DNA from: an uncultured Candidatus Binatia bacterium
GTDB lineage: Bacteria > Desulfobacterota > Binatia > Bin18
Reading direction: 5' to 3'
DNA: 64,000 nucleotides
Assembly (NCBI GenBank): GCA_965214605.1
Contig: OZ243961.1
Span: forward strand, 2,208,001 to 2,272,000
The first letter of the stretch is position 1; the number at the start of each line of letters is the position of its first letter. Positions 9,731-20,950 of the stretch are shown piece by piece. The translations under genes and the position numbers were made by a program. A model generated the notes under the pieces. That model worked only from the letters and a program-made list of their open reading frames with translations, did no database searches and was not told where the DNA came from.

Positions 9731-10297
9731 TCATTTGGTCACACCAGCTGCAGCCAAGCAGAGATGCTTGAGTGTTTCGAGCTGTCGGAGCAGGTGTTCC
9801 CGATCGCTCGCATACCGCTTAGCCGCTGAAGCCGAACGTTGAACGAAATCTGCCAAGTCGGTCGCCGAAAGACCGGACCGTGTGAGTACTGTCTCATGGG
9901 AAGACAGAATTTTTTCGATGACTGCACTGAAACTTTTTGAAGCACGCTCCAGCTCTTTGCGGCTGCTTGCGTCAAAGCCCTCGACAATGTCTTCTGCATT
10001 GGGAGTAGCTCGAACCATGTCGAAACCTACCACAACCATCTTGTCGAAAACAAGGTCGAGCTGCGCGCTCAAACCATTCGTGGCCTCAAGCCCGGTTTCG
10101 ACCTCGGCGATTGCATTTTCGGTATAGAGCTGGATGTGGGCCCGCAGGATCTCATCCTTGTTGCTGAAGGCGTTGTAGAGGGTTTGCCTTGAAATGCCAG
10201 CCTCGTTGGCCAGGTCGCCCATGCTCGTGCGTTTGACACCGTAGCGCGAAAACAAGCGCATCGCAGCGTCGAGAATATTTTTTTCTTTCTCGTGCAT
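9731..10297 (-). CDS. TetR/AcrR family transcriptional regulator
   Basis: ILDAAMRLFSRYGVKRTSMGDLANEAGISRQTLYNAFSNKDEIL HTH; likely start at ATG 10297. Confidence 0.92.
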   Translation of the reverse strand: MHEKEKNILDAAMRLFSRYGVKRTSMGDLANEAGISRQTLYNAFSNKDEILRAHIQLYTENAIAEVETGLEATNGLSAQLDLVFDKMVVVGFDMVRATPNAEDIVEGFDASSRKELERASKSFSAVIEKILSSHETVLTRSGLSATDLADFVQRSASAAKRYASDREHLLRQLETLKHLCLAAAGVTK

Positions 10298-10303
10298 TTT
10301 TAC

Positions 10304-10360
10304 ATATTGACAAAAATAGTTCATAGGTCAAGATATTGACAATCATACTGATATTGTACA
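10304..10360. promoter_or_regulatory. divergent promoter and putative TetR operator
   Basis: Two ATATTGACAA copies and a TTGAC-N15-GTCAA palindrome (10307-10331) between divergent tetR and hydrolase genes. Confidence 0.5.
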
Positions 10361-10403
10361 CTTGTCGGACCTCGAATGACTACTGACCACAGGAGAAACG
10401 AAG

Positions 10404-11300
10404 ATGAATGAAGAGCAGGCAAGACAAATCGTAAATGCCGCTGTCCAAGGATTGGCACTACAGAATCTTCCCAGAACACCCATTCTGTATCGGCCGAGTG
10501 ATTATGACATGTCTTACGAAGATGTGTTTTTTCACGCCATAGACGGGACGGTTCTGGAAGGCTGGTTCATACCGTCCGAATCCGACAACTTGATTATCTG
10601 CAATCATTTTGGCACCGCTAATCGCTCAGGTTTTTCTGGTGGAGAATCCGAGTTTTGGAAGCAACGAGGTGTCGCAATAAACTTTCTGCCAAAATATAAG
10701 GCGCTCCATGATGCGGGATACAATATGCTCGCTTACGACCTGCGTGGCCATGGCCTCAGTGCGCCCAGGACCCTACCCCAGTGTGGGTCTTGGCAAGCTT
10801 GAATATCGCGATGTGATCGGCTCACTGCGATACGCACAAGCACGCAACGGCCCATATGCAAGTTTCTCTGCTGAGCATGTGCTCCGGCGCCGTCTCCACA
10901 ATCATCGCCATGGAGAAACATCCCGAAGAATTTGAACATGTAAAATCCATGATTGCACTTCAACCGCTTTCAGCGAAGCCGGGCGTGGACGCAGGAATGC
11001 AAAATGGATTGGAATTATTCGACGAAGCATTTCGACAGCTAACGGGATGTAGAGTGAGCGACTTCGCTATGCCGGCATCTGCAAAATCGATACGCGTTCC
11101 AACGTTTCTCGTTCAGGTACGTGATGACGTGATGACAAAACCATAGGACATGCAGTCGGTTTACGACACCATGCCGATTGAAGACAAAAAACTGTTTTGG
11201 ATTGAAGGGACAACCGTACGTGAGGAGGCATACAGATATTTCCCTGAGCATCCCGAGCAAATGCTCCAGTGGTACGCCGCGCCCATGAAGACGTCGCTGA
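10404..11300 (+). pseudogene. alpha/beta hydrolase, frameshifted with internal stop
   Basis: DGTVLEGWFIP, AYDLRGHGLS, VPTFLVQV..D, KKLFWIEG spread over several ORF pieces; TAG at 11144-11146. Confidence 0.8.
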
Positions 11301-11389
11301 CGCTGCAAGGAGGTCCCTATGCAAGACTTCACGGACAAAGTAGTGGGGAGAACAGCGGCGCGAGAATGCTCCCCTGAAGCGCCTGGTTG

Positions 11390-11470
11390 CTCGGAAAAAA
11401 AGCGGCCGGATGCCGTCGGAATCAAGCCCCCAAAATTGCCGAGTGAGATCCGCTTGAATGTTGGGGAGCG
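11390..11470 (+). mobile_element. second diverged copy of the Tn3 tnpA 3' end
   Basis: CTCGGAAAAAAAGCGGCCGGATGCCGTCGGAATCAAGCCCCCAAAATTG aligns with 8904-8952 (peptide SE.K..D.VGIKPPKL). Confidence 0.7.
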
Positions 11471-11794
11471 GACAATGATCAAAAACGCTTTTCCGGCTTC
11501 TCCTCGCGGAAGTGCCTGATGTTCCGGCATGGGTTCGAGCCGGCCGGCCTCATGCTCTCTATCTCCGCCAGGGTGAACATGCGCGACGGCGTTCGCTCCT
11601 TTTCCTAGCACCCTGCCGGGACCGCCGCGCCGAGAGACGGATCAGCTGGAAAAATGACTCATGGGAAAAGCAGGGATGGCCAGCAACAGGGACAAGTCGG
11701 ACCGCCGGGAAGCACGCCATTGACTCCGCTTCGGCTGAATCCTGAACTCAAGACCCTGTGTGAGGAGGTATGAGCGCTACGGAAGACGACTCAC

Positions 11795-12881
11795 TCACGT
11801 TCGTGACCCCTCATCATCGCGCTTCGATAGGTTTCTTCCCGCCCTTTCGGACAAATTCCCATTCAGTAGGGCCCCTCGGTTGGCCCGAACGAAATCTGCG
11901 TAAACTCCCAGGACCGACTTCGCTTCTCTACTGAGCCTTTGGATTTTCTTCGGATCCACATGATGGGCGCACGCATCTAGCTCCTTGGCTACGTCAACCA
12001 AGACCCGAGCATTGTGTTCCTTGGTGAAATACTCAGCGATAATATCGGCGCGGAGATCCTGGAATCTCTTGTCCATGGCCGCTTCGGCTTGCTTTGAGAT
12101 GACGCGGCCGTTTTCCAGGCTCCTTGCTATGATGTCGAGCACCGCTTTGAGACTATTCTGGACTCGTGCATCGCCCGCATCGCCATAGGTCACTCCGTCC
12201 TGAATAGTGCGGTGAGGTGATTGCGGATCGTCATACACGACGCGTTCAAGTGCACTGTCGAGAGCAATGCAGGCAAGGGCGGCTGTGAAGTACGCGCCGC
12301 GGAGCGCCTGTTCCTTGCAATAAGGCCTTGCTTCGGCCCGTTCTGCAAAAAAATTAAATCCTGTCATTGCCTTATTAAAGGCGGGGTAGCCCTGTAAGCT
12401 AATGAGAGCTGACTTAGCGTCAGTGATGCGCCTCAGCCAGTCACCGTCCTCCTTATGGCGCTTGTACTTTTTAATGATTGTTAGTGAACTCCTCAAGCGT
12501 CATACGGTCTCTCGTGTCGAGATTTTTCTTGATCCGGGTCAGAAAAGCTTTGGTCAGGACTGCGACGTTCTGTTGGCGTGCGAATCTGGCGATCTTCGAC
12601 CCGTCATTAGTTGTAGCTACAACAGCTCTATTGCATCCCAAGGCAAGCTGTATTCCACGCATCCACAGGATTCGTTCAAACGCTCTGGGAGATCGCCTAT
12701 TCTTGACATCTATAACGATGCGGGTCTGGACACTTGAGGATTGTCGGCCGTAGAGCCATACGTCGATATCGGTAACTTGCTCATCCTCGTGTTTGTACGC
12801 GGCGCTTCTCAGTGCGAAGAAGCCTTGGTGAGCAAAGTATGCCCGCACGAGTTCCTCCAAATCTGAGCCTTTTCGTGTCAT
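11795..12881 (-). pseudogene. PD-(D/E)xK restriction-endonuclease-like protein, split by frameshift
   Basis: GSDLEELVR..TDIDVW..IVIDVKNR nuclease motif in 12471-12881; continues in another frame at 11795-12496. Confidence 0.6.
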
Positions 12882-12882
12882 A

Positions 12883-13477
12883 TCACCCTCCGCTCCGTAG
12901 TCGGTCTAGCATCTCACCGACAAAATGCTTATCCGAAGGACTATCCTTTTTCCGGCCCTCGACTCTGACCTCACGCGGTCCCTCGAAAGCAGTTGCCGCT
13001 GATTCAGCGAGCAGCAAGGCCTCCTGCGCCGCCACGTACGATTGTGAGAGCCAATTCGCCGACATCTTTTTTTAGCAGATGGAATGTATAGCGATCATGA
13101 TCTGTCCGAGCCACTTGTACGACCTGTCGCCTCTCAAGCTCTCGGTAGTCCTCACCGATGGCGGCCACACCTGGGCCACCAACCTCATGTCCAGCAATTA
13201 AGGCTCTCAGGAGAGAGCATCTGGAAGAGTAATTTTTCCTCAGGCGTCTATCGTTGCGAGTGCGCCCATACGTTAAGGACGCAAGCAATGCCTTTGCATC
13301 GTCTATGGGATCTTCCTCAAAAGGCCGGTGGTATTTCTGGAAATCGTCGGGCGACATAACATAGCCGACCGCCTCCTTGGAGTTACTCACCTCCATTCGG
13401 TCGAACAAGCCCACGCTGACCAAGCGGCGGTATAGGTCTCTACCGAGCAGTTTCTCGACCTCTTCTTCATGCAACAC
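12883..13477 (-). pseudogene. C-terminal part of a hypothetical protein, operonic with the nuclease gene
   Basis: Protein-like sequence (AIGEDYRELERRQVVQV..LLKKDVGELAL) with a frameshift; stop codon sits 1 nt before the nuclease ATG. Confidence 0.5.
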
Positions 13478-13502
13478 TCCGTTTTGTGTCAGCTTTTAAG
13501 GT

Positions 13503-13796
13503 ATGGGAATCGCTTTCGCGGTCGTCAACGCCAAAGGTGGGGTCGGCAAAACGACAAGTGCGGTCAATATCGCGGCCATGGCTGCGGCTATTCCCAAGCC
13601 GGACGGCTCAAAACGACGCGTCTTAGTCTGCGATATGGATCAACAGATGAATCCCACGCAGCAATTATTGGGGGGAAGAGAAATCGAGGCCACGGATACC
13701 CTCGCCTCCCATGTCACGCGTAATGCGGGTCTGGAGAAGATTATCCTCCACGATGGTGCTTTTATTGAGACGGCCCGAGAGTATTTTAACCGGTGA
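13503..13796 (+). pseudogene. ParA/Soj ATPase N-terminal fragment
   Basis: Deviant Walker [23 protein letters not shown]; truncated at 97 aa. Confidence 0.75.
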
Positions 13797-14446
13797 CCGC
13801 ACGGGGGTTTCGTTCCAGGCGGGGTGGTCGGGACTCACACCGCTGCCCGGCCCCGGCGCTTTAGACCGGATTGTGCACGGCCAGCTTATCCCGAGCAACC
13901 CATCAAGCGCAGTCCGTCGCTCTAAGAAGGCATCACAAAATCTCTTCAAATTCTTGACTTTTGTCTTTCTATTTGCTATAGTTCTGAACTTCACCGCCGA
14001 CTTCAGTATACCAACAAAGACTGAAGCTCACCACAATACAGCCCAAGCACTGTCGGCTCTATATTCGCTCCAGCCCTTGAAACCCTCTTTGAGGTGGCCC
14101 AGCGTTCGCTCGAAAATAACGCGGAGTATCAGCAGGAAGCGAGCAGGAGGCGGATCAATTCTCTCAAGCCACTGATTTGCTCTCTCGCCGCTATGTTGAC
14201 TGGACGCAGCGCGGCTTACGAATTTTTCTTCGCTTGCAAGGACGTGAAGAGAGAAAAGTGGGCAGTGGGCTGCTGAAAACAGTGCGGGAGAGGCAAGCCA
14301 CTGAGCTGACCGTCCGTTCTTACGTAGATGAAATTTTAGAGAGAGAAGGAGGTGCAGAGCCGCGACCATCAGCATGACTATCTACTCGGAAGGAAGCCCA
14401 AGGTCCCAGATTTGACGCCTTGTCGCTAGAGGGAGATACAATACTT

Positions 14447-14728
14447 ATGGTGAAGTCTTTTAAGAATAGCGCGCTCAAAAAACTTTACGAAACGGGTGAG
14501 ACACGGAGGCTCCCCTCGCAACACATCCGCCAATTGAGAGATATCCTGACCGCGCTTGATCACAGCCGGAGCCAGGCGGATATGGCGGCCCTCCCGGGAT
14601 TTGGGCTTCATCCACTGAAAGGCAATCGGTGCGGTTATTATGCGGTGAAGGTATCGCGCAATTGGCGGGTGACGTTCCGGTTTGCGGAGGAGCACGCGGC
14701 CGATGTCGACTACATTGACTATCACTAA
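14447..14728 (+). CDS. higB: HigB toxin (plasmid maintenance killer, RelE superfamily)
   Basis: MVKSFKNSALKKLYETG..LHPLKGNRCGYYAVKVSRNWRVTFRF..DVDYIDYH. Confidence 0.9.
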   Translation: MVKSFKNSALKKLYETGETRRLPSQHIRQLRDILTALDHSRSQADMAALPGFGLHPLKGNRCGYYAVKVSRNWRVTFRFAEEHAADVDYIDYH

Positions 14729-14769
14729 GAAAATAGAGAAGAGGAGAAAGAGATAAGGCGGGCGCCTGG

Positions 14770-14890
14770 CAAAAGTCGGCCTCTCAGTCCGAGATGGCCC
14801 TCCGGCTCTTGAAAGCGCGCGGATGGTCTCTGCTCTCTGTCGGCCCGGCCCATGACGAGCACCTCAGGATTGAGAAGTTCACGGCGATCT
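14770..14890 (+). pseudogene. degenerate higA copy
   Basis: GAGATGGCCCTCCGGCTCTTGAAAGCG and CTCAGGATTGAGAAGTTCACGGCG match segments of the intact higA at 15317-15598. Confidence 0.7.
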
Positions 14891-15074
14891 CGCTTGAGGG
14901 CATGGCGGCTCGCCGAGAAGCCTGGCGCCTTCCCCTCAAACAGTAAAGCCAATATCGACCGCGAAACGCTCGCCCCCTGCGTCGTGCCCTACCCGTCCAA
15001 GGTCAATGGGGCACTTGGCAGATCGACTTCCTCGATCTGACACAGACACCCACGTCAGGGGGGAGGTCCAAGAG

Positions 15075-15300
15075 CAGATTTGACGCCTTGTCGCTTGACA
15101 GGTGACGGGCGACAAGTTAGCGTCTTAGTATTATCGCTTCTTACAGCCTGCAAGAGCACGAAGACATGGGACTGACGGAGAAGTCTTTTGAGAAGAGTTT
15201 GCTCGAAAAATTCTAGGAAGAACGGGCGAGCCCGCAGAGGCGGCCTCTGCAACGCCGCTGGAAGCGGAGAGAGGTCCTGGTCACGCTCGGCCGAGACAAA
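15075..15300 (+). pseudogene. duplicated higBA promoter/operator and degenerate higB copy
   Basis: 21-bp CAGATTTGACGCCTTGTCGCT identical to 14407-14427; palindrome CTTGTCGC..GCGACAAG at 15087-15116; GAAGTCTTTTGAGAAGAG..GAACGGGCGAG resembles the higB 5' end. Confidence 0.6.
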
Positions 15301-15316
15301 CAGAGAGGAAGAGTCC

Positions 15317-15598
15317 ATGTACGATCCTCCCCACCCAGGCGGAGTGGTGAGACGGCAGTGTCTTGAGCCGCTGGCCCTTTCTGTGACACGGGCGGCTCAA
15401 GGACTCGGAGTGACGCGCCAAGCGTTGTCGGATCTGGTCAATGAAAAAGCCGGGATCTCGGTCGAGATGGCCTTCCGGCTCTCGAAAGCGTTCGGGGCGA
15501 GCCCGGAGATGTGGCTGGGGATGCAGATGGCCTATGATCTCTGGCAGGCCCGGGACCGGGGCGAGCAACTCAGGGTTGAGAAGTTCACGGCGGCCTAG
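15317..15598 (+). CDS. higA: HigA antitoxin (XRE HTH)
   Basis: MYDPPHPGGVVRRQCLEPLALSVTRAAQGLGVTRQALSDLVNEKAGISVEMAFRLSKAFG..WLGMQMAYDL; GAGGAAG RBS. Confidence 0.9.
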   Translation: MYDPPHPGGVVRRQCLEPLALSVTRAAQGLGVTRQALSDLVNEKAGISVEMAFRLSKAFGASPEMWLGMQMAYDLWQARDRGEQLRVEKFTAA

Positions 15599-15814
15599 GA
15601 CGAACAGCGCAGGCCGCAGCGGAACACGCCTCCCTCCGGAGGGCACTGGCTCCGCAGACTCGTGCTCCGTGTCGTGCGCCGGGGCGGCGGGGGCCTATTT
15701 TCGCGGGCAATTGCAGGCGCGCGCGGGCGAGATATAGAGTCGTTTCTGCTGGATTCCCCAAGAGGGGCGTGATAGACAGTCCTTGATCCCCCAAAAAGAC
15801 TGTATGCCGACACC

Positions 15815-16334
15815 ATGCCTGCAAAACGCCCCATCGACATTCTGACCCCTAAGGAAGTGCTGACCTTGAACCGTGACGACTTCCGGCTGAGCAAGCCCTA
15901 TGAACGGCGCGCTTACGAGAGAGCCCGCAAGCCTTGTGGCCGCAACAAGGAAGGGAAAATGGACCTTGAACTGCTGCGCAAGAAAATGGGCGCGACCAGC
16001 CCACTCAAGAAATTCCGCTTTTTCCTCAAAGACTTGTCAGACAGCGACCATCTGCCGGACGACACGGTCGAATTGACCGAAGCCGATCAAGTGATCTTCC
16101 GAAACTGCGAAATGTGGTGGAAAACCGAAGCCGACGAGGACGCCCCGCCCCGTGCTCTCTACCGAAGCCGACGAGCGCGCCAAGAAATACACAGGCCGCG
16201 AGAGCGTTTATGCATGGGAGCAGGACTGGATTCAATTCTGGCGTGATTCCGGCTGCCCTACCCTCAAGCGCGCGGACGCCGCCTTTATCGGCTTCTGCAA
16301 ATCGCGCGTTGTCCGGCTTGGTAGGAAAGCGTGA
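15815..16334 (+). pseudogene. plasmid replication initiator protein A, C-terminal remnant
   Basis: EVLTLNRDDFRLSKPYERRAYERARK.CG..DHLPD and frameshifted tail YAWEQDW..ADAAFIGFCK. Confidence 0.7.
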
Positions 16335-16388
16335 TATCCGGCTCTCCTGCTAACCGGACCTGATAGCATGAAAACAGGGTAGCAGGGT

Positions 16389-16948
16389 ATGCCGTACAAA
16401 ATCGCCGATCTGGACACGCAGCAAAGCACCAGCGTGCATTGGGCTGGGCGGCGCGCTGAGAACGCCATCACGCCGGAAGTACGCGCCAAGGCCTTCAAGT
16501 CAGTGGATCCCGTGCTCAAAGACGTGGAGAGGTTCGACCTCTCCATTTTCGACGGGGCGCGGCACTCGTCAGCCGAAACGCGGCAGGCCTGTCAAGCCGC
16601 CGATTTGGTCATCATTCCAACGAGCGAAGGCCTCGCCGACCTACAGCCCTCGGTAATCCTCGCGAATAACCTTCTGAAAGCGGAGATTCCGGTCGAAAGA
16701 ATCGCCTTCGCGTCTGCATCACATCGGACTCGGCGCGCGAGATCGCAGGAGCGCGCGCCTATCTCGGCAAGACGCCATGCACCGTGCTCGCCGGCGAAAT
16801 CCCGTTCCGCTCAGCGTTCAAAACCGCAATGGATCAGGGGAAGGCAATTACGGAAACGTCTTTCCCGACCCTGCGAAAACGCGCCGATGCGAGGGCGCAG
16901 AACATCATTGACGCGGTCGCCGCTGCCGCGAACAGAGAGGGAGCGTGA
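16389..16948 (+). pseudogene. plasmid ParA-like protein, 5'-truncated and frameshifted
   Basis: [37 protein letters not shown]; second frame [14 protein letters not shown] ends at TGA 16946-16948, overlapping the ATG of a short partner remnant. Confidence 0.75.
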
Positions 16949-17243
16949 TGGCCGATATCATCACACTGAGAGCGAAAGCAGACAAAGGCGCGCCGCCACT
17001 GCCGGAGTGGCAGACGTATCTTGGAAGCTGAGATCAGACGGAGGCTCCCGAACGTCATCGCACAATAAACGGGCTTGTCCGACCGCGGGGCAGGCGTGGG
17101 CCACTATTTTTGGCTTGGCTCGACACGAACCGTCGAACAGGTGGGGGAAGGACAGGCGCGGGGAAGATTGTATAGAATTCCCGAGCTTGAGGGTTGCTTA
17201 TCATGGCACCTCGAGGAAAGTCTGCAAGGAAGGGGGAGTGTCC

Positions 17244-18968
17244 ATGGCGCAGGATGTCCCGTATCCCGTAAAACCGGCCGCCTTGCCCGGCAGGGAGCCG
17301 GTCGAAGCAGCGCAAGCCGCGCTGGCCGAAGCCGGGAGCGCGCAGCGCGGGGCGATTTTTACGCGGCGCGAGATTACCGCGTTCATCCTCGATCTGGTCG
17401 GCTACACGGCCAACCGGCCCCTGCACGAGCGCCAGCTGCTGGAGCCCGCGGTCGGCGGCGGGGATTTCTTGCTGGTCGCGATTGAGCGGTTACTCATGGC
17501 CTGGCAGAAAACCCCGCGCCAAGATGATCCCGGTACGGCGTTGGCGGATGCCGTGCGCGGCGTCGAGCTGCACGGCCGCACCTTCGCGGTCACCTGCGAA
17601 AAGGTGCGCGCCACGGTCAAGGCGGCCGGGATTCCGGAGAAGGCGGCGACGACGCTCGCCGACCGTTGGCTCATCCATGCCGATTTCTTGCTGACTCCGC
17701 TCCCCTCCCCTTTCCATTACGTCGTCGGCAATCCGCCCTACGTCCGCCACGAACGGATCCCCCCCGCCCTCCTTGCTGCCTACCGGACGCGCTATACCAC
17801 CGTCTTTGATCGGGCCGATTTGTATGTCCCCTTTCTGGAACGCTCGCTCGGGTGTCTGGCCCCAGGCGGCCTGCTCGGCTTTATCTGCGCCGACCGCTGG
17901 ACGAAGAACCGCTATGGGGCCCCTTTGCGCCAACTGATTGCCGACCGGTTCCATCTCCGGACCTATATCGATATGGCCGAGACGACTGCTTTTCAGAGAC
18001 CGGTGAGCGCCTATCCGGCGATCATCATCATTGGCAACGAACAGCCGGGCCCAACCCGGGTAGCCCGGCGCCCCGCCATCCAAGCCGCCCCGCTCACAGC
18101 TCTCGGGCAGACCCTCTTGTCGAAAGCCCCCCCGGCTCCTGAGAGCGGGGTGCAGGAACTGCGTGGGGTCGCAGCGAGCGCGGCGCCCTGGATTCTGGAG
18201 TCCGGGGCGCCGCCGGCGCTGGCGCGCCGCCTGGAACAGCGCTTTCCGCCGCTTGAAGAGGCTGGCTGCAAGGTCGGAATCGGGGTGGCTACCGGAGCCG
18301 ATCAGGTCTTTATCGGGCAGTATGACACGCTTGACGTCGAACCGAGCCGCAAACTGCCCCTGGCCATGACCCGCGATATCGCGAGCGGCACCGTCCACTG
18401 GCGCGGTCGGGGCCTGGTTAATCCCTTTACGGAGGCAGGCCGGGTGGTCGATCTGAACGCCTACCCCCGGCTCAAAGCCTATCTGGAAGCGCGCAAGGAG
18501 CAGTTGAGCAAGCGCCACATTGCCAAGAAGGTGCCGGCCCACTGGTATCGTACCATCGATCGCATTCAGCCGGCGCTGGCTCGGCAGCCGAAATTACTGA
18601 TCCCCGATATTAAGGGCGACGCGCAGGTCGTCTATGAGGGCGGCCACCTCTATCCGCACCACAATTTGTATTTCATGACCAGCGCGGAATGGGATTTGCA
18701 CGCGTTGCAGGCGGTTCTGCGCGCCGGGCTGGCCCAGCTGTTCGTGTCGGTCTACTCGCCCCGTCTGCGGGGAGGATATCTGCGCTTTCAGGCCCAGTAC
18801 TTGCGCCGCATTCGGCTGCCGCGCTGGCAGGACGTCGAGGCCCGGCTGAAAACGACGCTCATCGCCGCCGCCCGGCGGGGCGATCTCGCGGGCGGTACGG
18901 TGGCCGTAGGCCGCTTGTACGGCCTCTCCAAAGAGGAAGAGCGCGTGCTCGGGCGGCATGGGAGATGA
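17244..18968 (+). CDS. N6-adenine DNA methyltransferase, M.PaeR7I/M.XhoI-like
   Basis: [20 protein letters not shown] (motif I), VVGNPPYVR (motif IV), [20 protein letters not shown]; GGGGAG RBS before ATG 17244. Confidence 0.9.
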   Translation: MAQDVPYPVKPAALPGREPVEAAQAALAEAGSAQRGAIFTRREITAFILDLVGYTANRPLHERQLLEPAVGGGDFLLVAIERLLMAWQKTPRQDDPGTALADAVRGVELHGRTFAVTCEKVRATVKAAGIPEKAATTLADRWLIHADFLLTPLPSPFHYVVGNPPYVRHERIPPALLAAYRTRYTTVFDRADLYVPFLERSLGCLAPGGLLGFICADRWTKNRYGAPLRQLIADRFHLRTYIDMAETTAFQRPVSAYPAIIIIGNEQPGPTRVARRPAIQAAPLTALGQTLLSKAPPAPESGVQELRGVAASAAPWILESGAPPALARRLEQRFPPLEEAGCKVGIGVATGADQVFIGQYDTLDVEPSRKLPLAMTRDIASGTVHWRGRGLVNPFTEAGRVVDLNAYPRLKAYLEARKEQLSKRHIAKKVPAHWYRTIDRIQPALARQPKLLIPDIKGDAQVVYEGGHLYPHHNLYFMTSAEWDLHALQAVLRAGLAQLFVSVYSPRLRGGYLRFQAQYLRRIRLPRWQDVEARLKTTLIAAARRGDLAGGTVAVGRLYGLSKEEERVLGRHGR

Positions 18969-18986
18969 ACGGGAGAAGCCAGGCGG

Positions 18987-19718
18987 ATGGCGGTGGCTCG
19001 AGCAGATTATGAGGAGCAGGCCCGGGCGGCCGTGCCAGCCTTTTGGGGGAGCCGGGACAAAGCGCGGCGGAAACAACTCGCCGGCGACCGGGCCGAGCGG
19101 GGCGCGGTCACCGGGGGCAAGACCCTGGACGGGTTTGTGGCCTGAGTGCGGGAGAGCGTCACCGCCAATGGGCTGGATCAGGCGCAGCTCCATCACCAGC
19201 AGCGGGTGGTGACGGTGCCCGGCTATTTTCGCCCAACCAAGCGCTGGGATTTGCTCGTGCTGAACGCCGGCCGCCTGATCGCAGCCCGGGAGTTCAAAAG
19301 CCAAGTCGGGCCGTCTTTTGGGAACAATGCCAATAATCGTGCCGAGGAAGCCATCGGCACGGCGCAGGACTTCTGGATCGCCTACCGGGCAGGCGCGTTT
19401 GGGGAACAGCCGCGCCCGTTCGGGGGCGGGCTCCTGCTTCTTGAAGAGGCCCCGCAATCCCGCACGCCGGTGCGCGAGCCGTCGCTGCATTTTCCCGTGT
19501 TCGAGGAGTTTCACAAGGCTTCCGACGATGCCGAGCGCTACCATATGCTGTGTCGTAAGCTCGTGCAGGAGCGGCTGTATACTGCTGCAGCGCTCCTGGT
19601 TTCGCCGCGCACGGCGGTGAAGACGAGCGCCTATACGGAACTGAGCGCCCTGACCGGTCTGCGGATGTTCGTGACCGAGCTGGCCGGCCATGTCGCTGCC
19701 GAAGCGGCAAGAGTCTGA
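18987..19718 (+). pseudogene. PaeR7I/XhoI-family type II restriction endonuclease with nonsense codon
   Basis: [51 protein letters not shown]; in-frame TGA at 19143-19145 (codon 53). Confidence 0.9.
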
Positions 19719-19863
19719 GGGGAGTGCCAACAGGCACGTTGTCCTTATGCCTGGGGTATCCAATAATTGCTGAAACCACTGCATGACCTCGGGCACTTTC
19801 AGCGGTGTGGACTTTTTCAGCACTTTTCACCGGTTGCGCCGCCCGAGGTCGACGAGATACGCC

Positions 19864-20214
19864 TCACCCGCCGCCGTTCGTTTTGCGTTCGCTCCCGCCA
19901 TCACTCCCGCTCCCGGCGTGCTTCGCCCGACGCTGCGCGACGGCCCTGTTCCGCCGTGCCCGGGCAAGGGCGTCGCTCGTCTGCAGCCGCATCCCGTGCT
20001 CGGCCGTGCCCCAGCCGATAGCCTCCAGCGCCATGTTCGCCGACACCCCGGCCGTGCCGTTCAGTAGGCGCGACAGCGTGCCCCCCTCGCAGCCGAGACG
20101 CGCCGACGTCTCGGTGACGTTCCAGCCCACCTCGTCCCTGCTCTCGCGGATCAGTGCGCCCAGGCGCGGCGGGTTCACCATCAGGCTGCCGCGATCGTTT
20201 GCCCTCTCGTTCAT
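19864..20214 (-). pseudogene. HigA-like antitoxin remnant
   Basis: NPPRLGALIRES..GWNVTETSARLGC..TLSRLLNGTAGVSANMAL..WGTAEHGMRLQ. Confidence 0.55.
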
Positions 20215-20299
20215 GGTCAGCGCTCCCTTTCCACGGCTTCGCCGTCCTCGAAGCGGAACACCACGCATCCGTTGTCGGAGCCGCGGCCCCCGCCCCGCT

Positions 20300-20529
20300 G
20301 GCAGCCCCGCGGCGGCGGTGAGGTCTTCGCCGGGGGCGGCGGACAGGGAGACGTGCAGGACGGCGTTGCCCAAGTTGGGCCGGAGCTGGCGGATGGGCCC
20401 GAACGCGGAGGCCAGCTCGAGGGCGGTCTCCCCGGTCCTGTTGGTGTCGCGCAGGGTGCCTTTGTCCGGGGCGAGGTCGTAGGTGAGCGCCCCCCGGAAG
20501 CCGCGCCCTTTGACGAGTGTGGCGATCAT
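20300..20529 (-). pseudogene. MOBP-type relaxase, N-terminal fragment
   Basis: MIATLVKGRGFRGALTY (motif I Tyr)..AVLHVSLSAAPGEDLT (motif II); truncated before the HUH motif. Confidence 0.75.
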
Positions 20530-20875
20530 GGGGGGCCTTGCTCTTTGCGCCGAGAAGGGACGGGCGCAGCTGGGCGGACTTCGGGGGTGAGGAATTGCAA
20601 GAGACCGGCGGCAATGACACCGGGCGGCCCCGAGTTGGCGAGGCGGATGAGCTGGGTTGAGGTTGGCGGCCAGGCGGCCGAGCGCCGCGTATTGCTCGCG
20701 GGTGACGGCCGGCACGGGCGACGAGGGTAGGCGGCGGGTGAGGGCGGCCTCGCGTAGCCACTGGGCAGGGGTCATACCCATGTGGGCGGCTTTGGTGTGC
20801 CGCGCGGCGTATTCCGCGGCGAGGACACGGACGCCGATGGTGGCGCCGGCGATGGGGGGGAGCGGTGTCAGCCAT
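20530..20875 (-). pseudogene. MobC relaxosome accessory protein, frameshifted
   Basis: TIGVRV..AEYAA..GMTPAQWLREAAL..LGRLAANLN directly upstream of the relaxase. Confidence 0.65.
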
Positions 20876-20899
20876 AAGCGAACCTCCAACGGCGGCGCA

Positions 20900-20950
20900 G
20901 AAGCGGGTGGCCAGGGCCATCCCGCAGGGGGCGTAGCCCTGACCACGCAG
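20900..20950. promoter_or_regulatory. putative oriT / nic site
   Basis: CATCCCGC at 20918-20925 fits the MOBP nic consensus YATCCYG/Y and lies just upstream of mobC. Confidence 0.5.

Noticed and set aside
16389-18968. 859-aa ParA-methyltransferase fusion in the ORF track
   Set aside because: ParA is frameshifted and its real end is in another frame at 16948; the intervening translation is not protein-like and the MTase has its own RBS and ATG at 17244.
19908-19917. CGCTCCCGGC match to the tRNA-Leu 3' end as an att site
   Set aside because: Only 10 bp, expected by chance at this GC content, and it lies inside a gene remnant.
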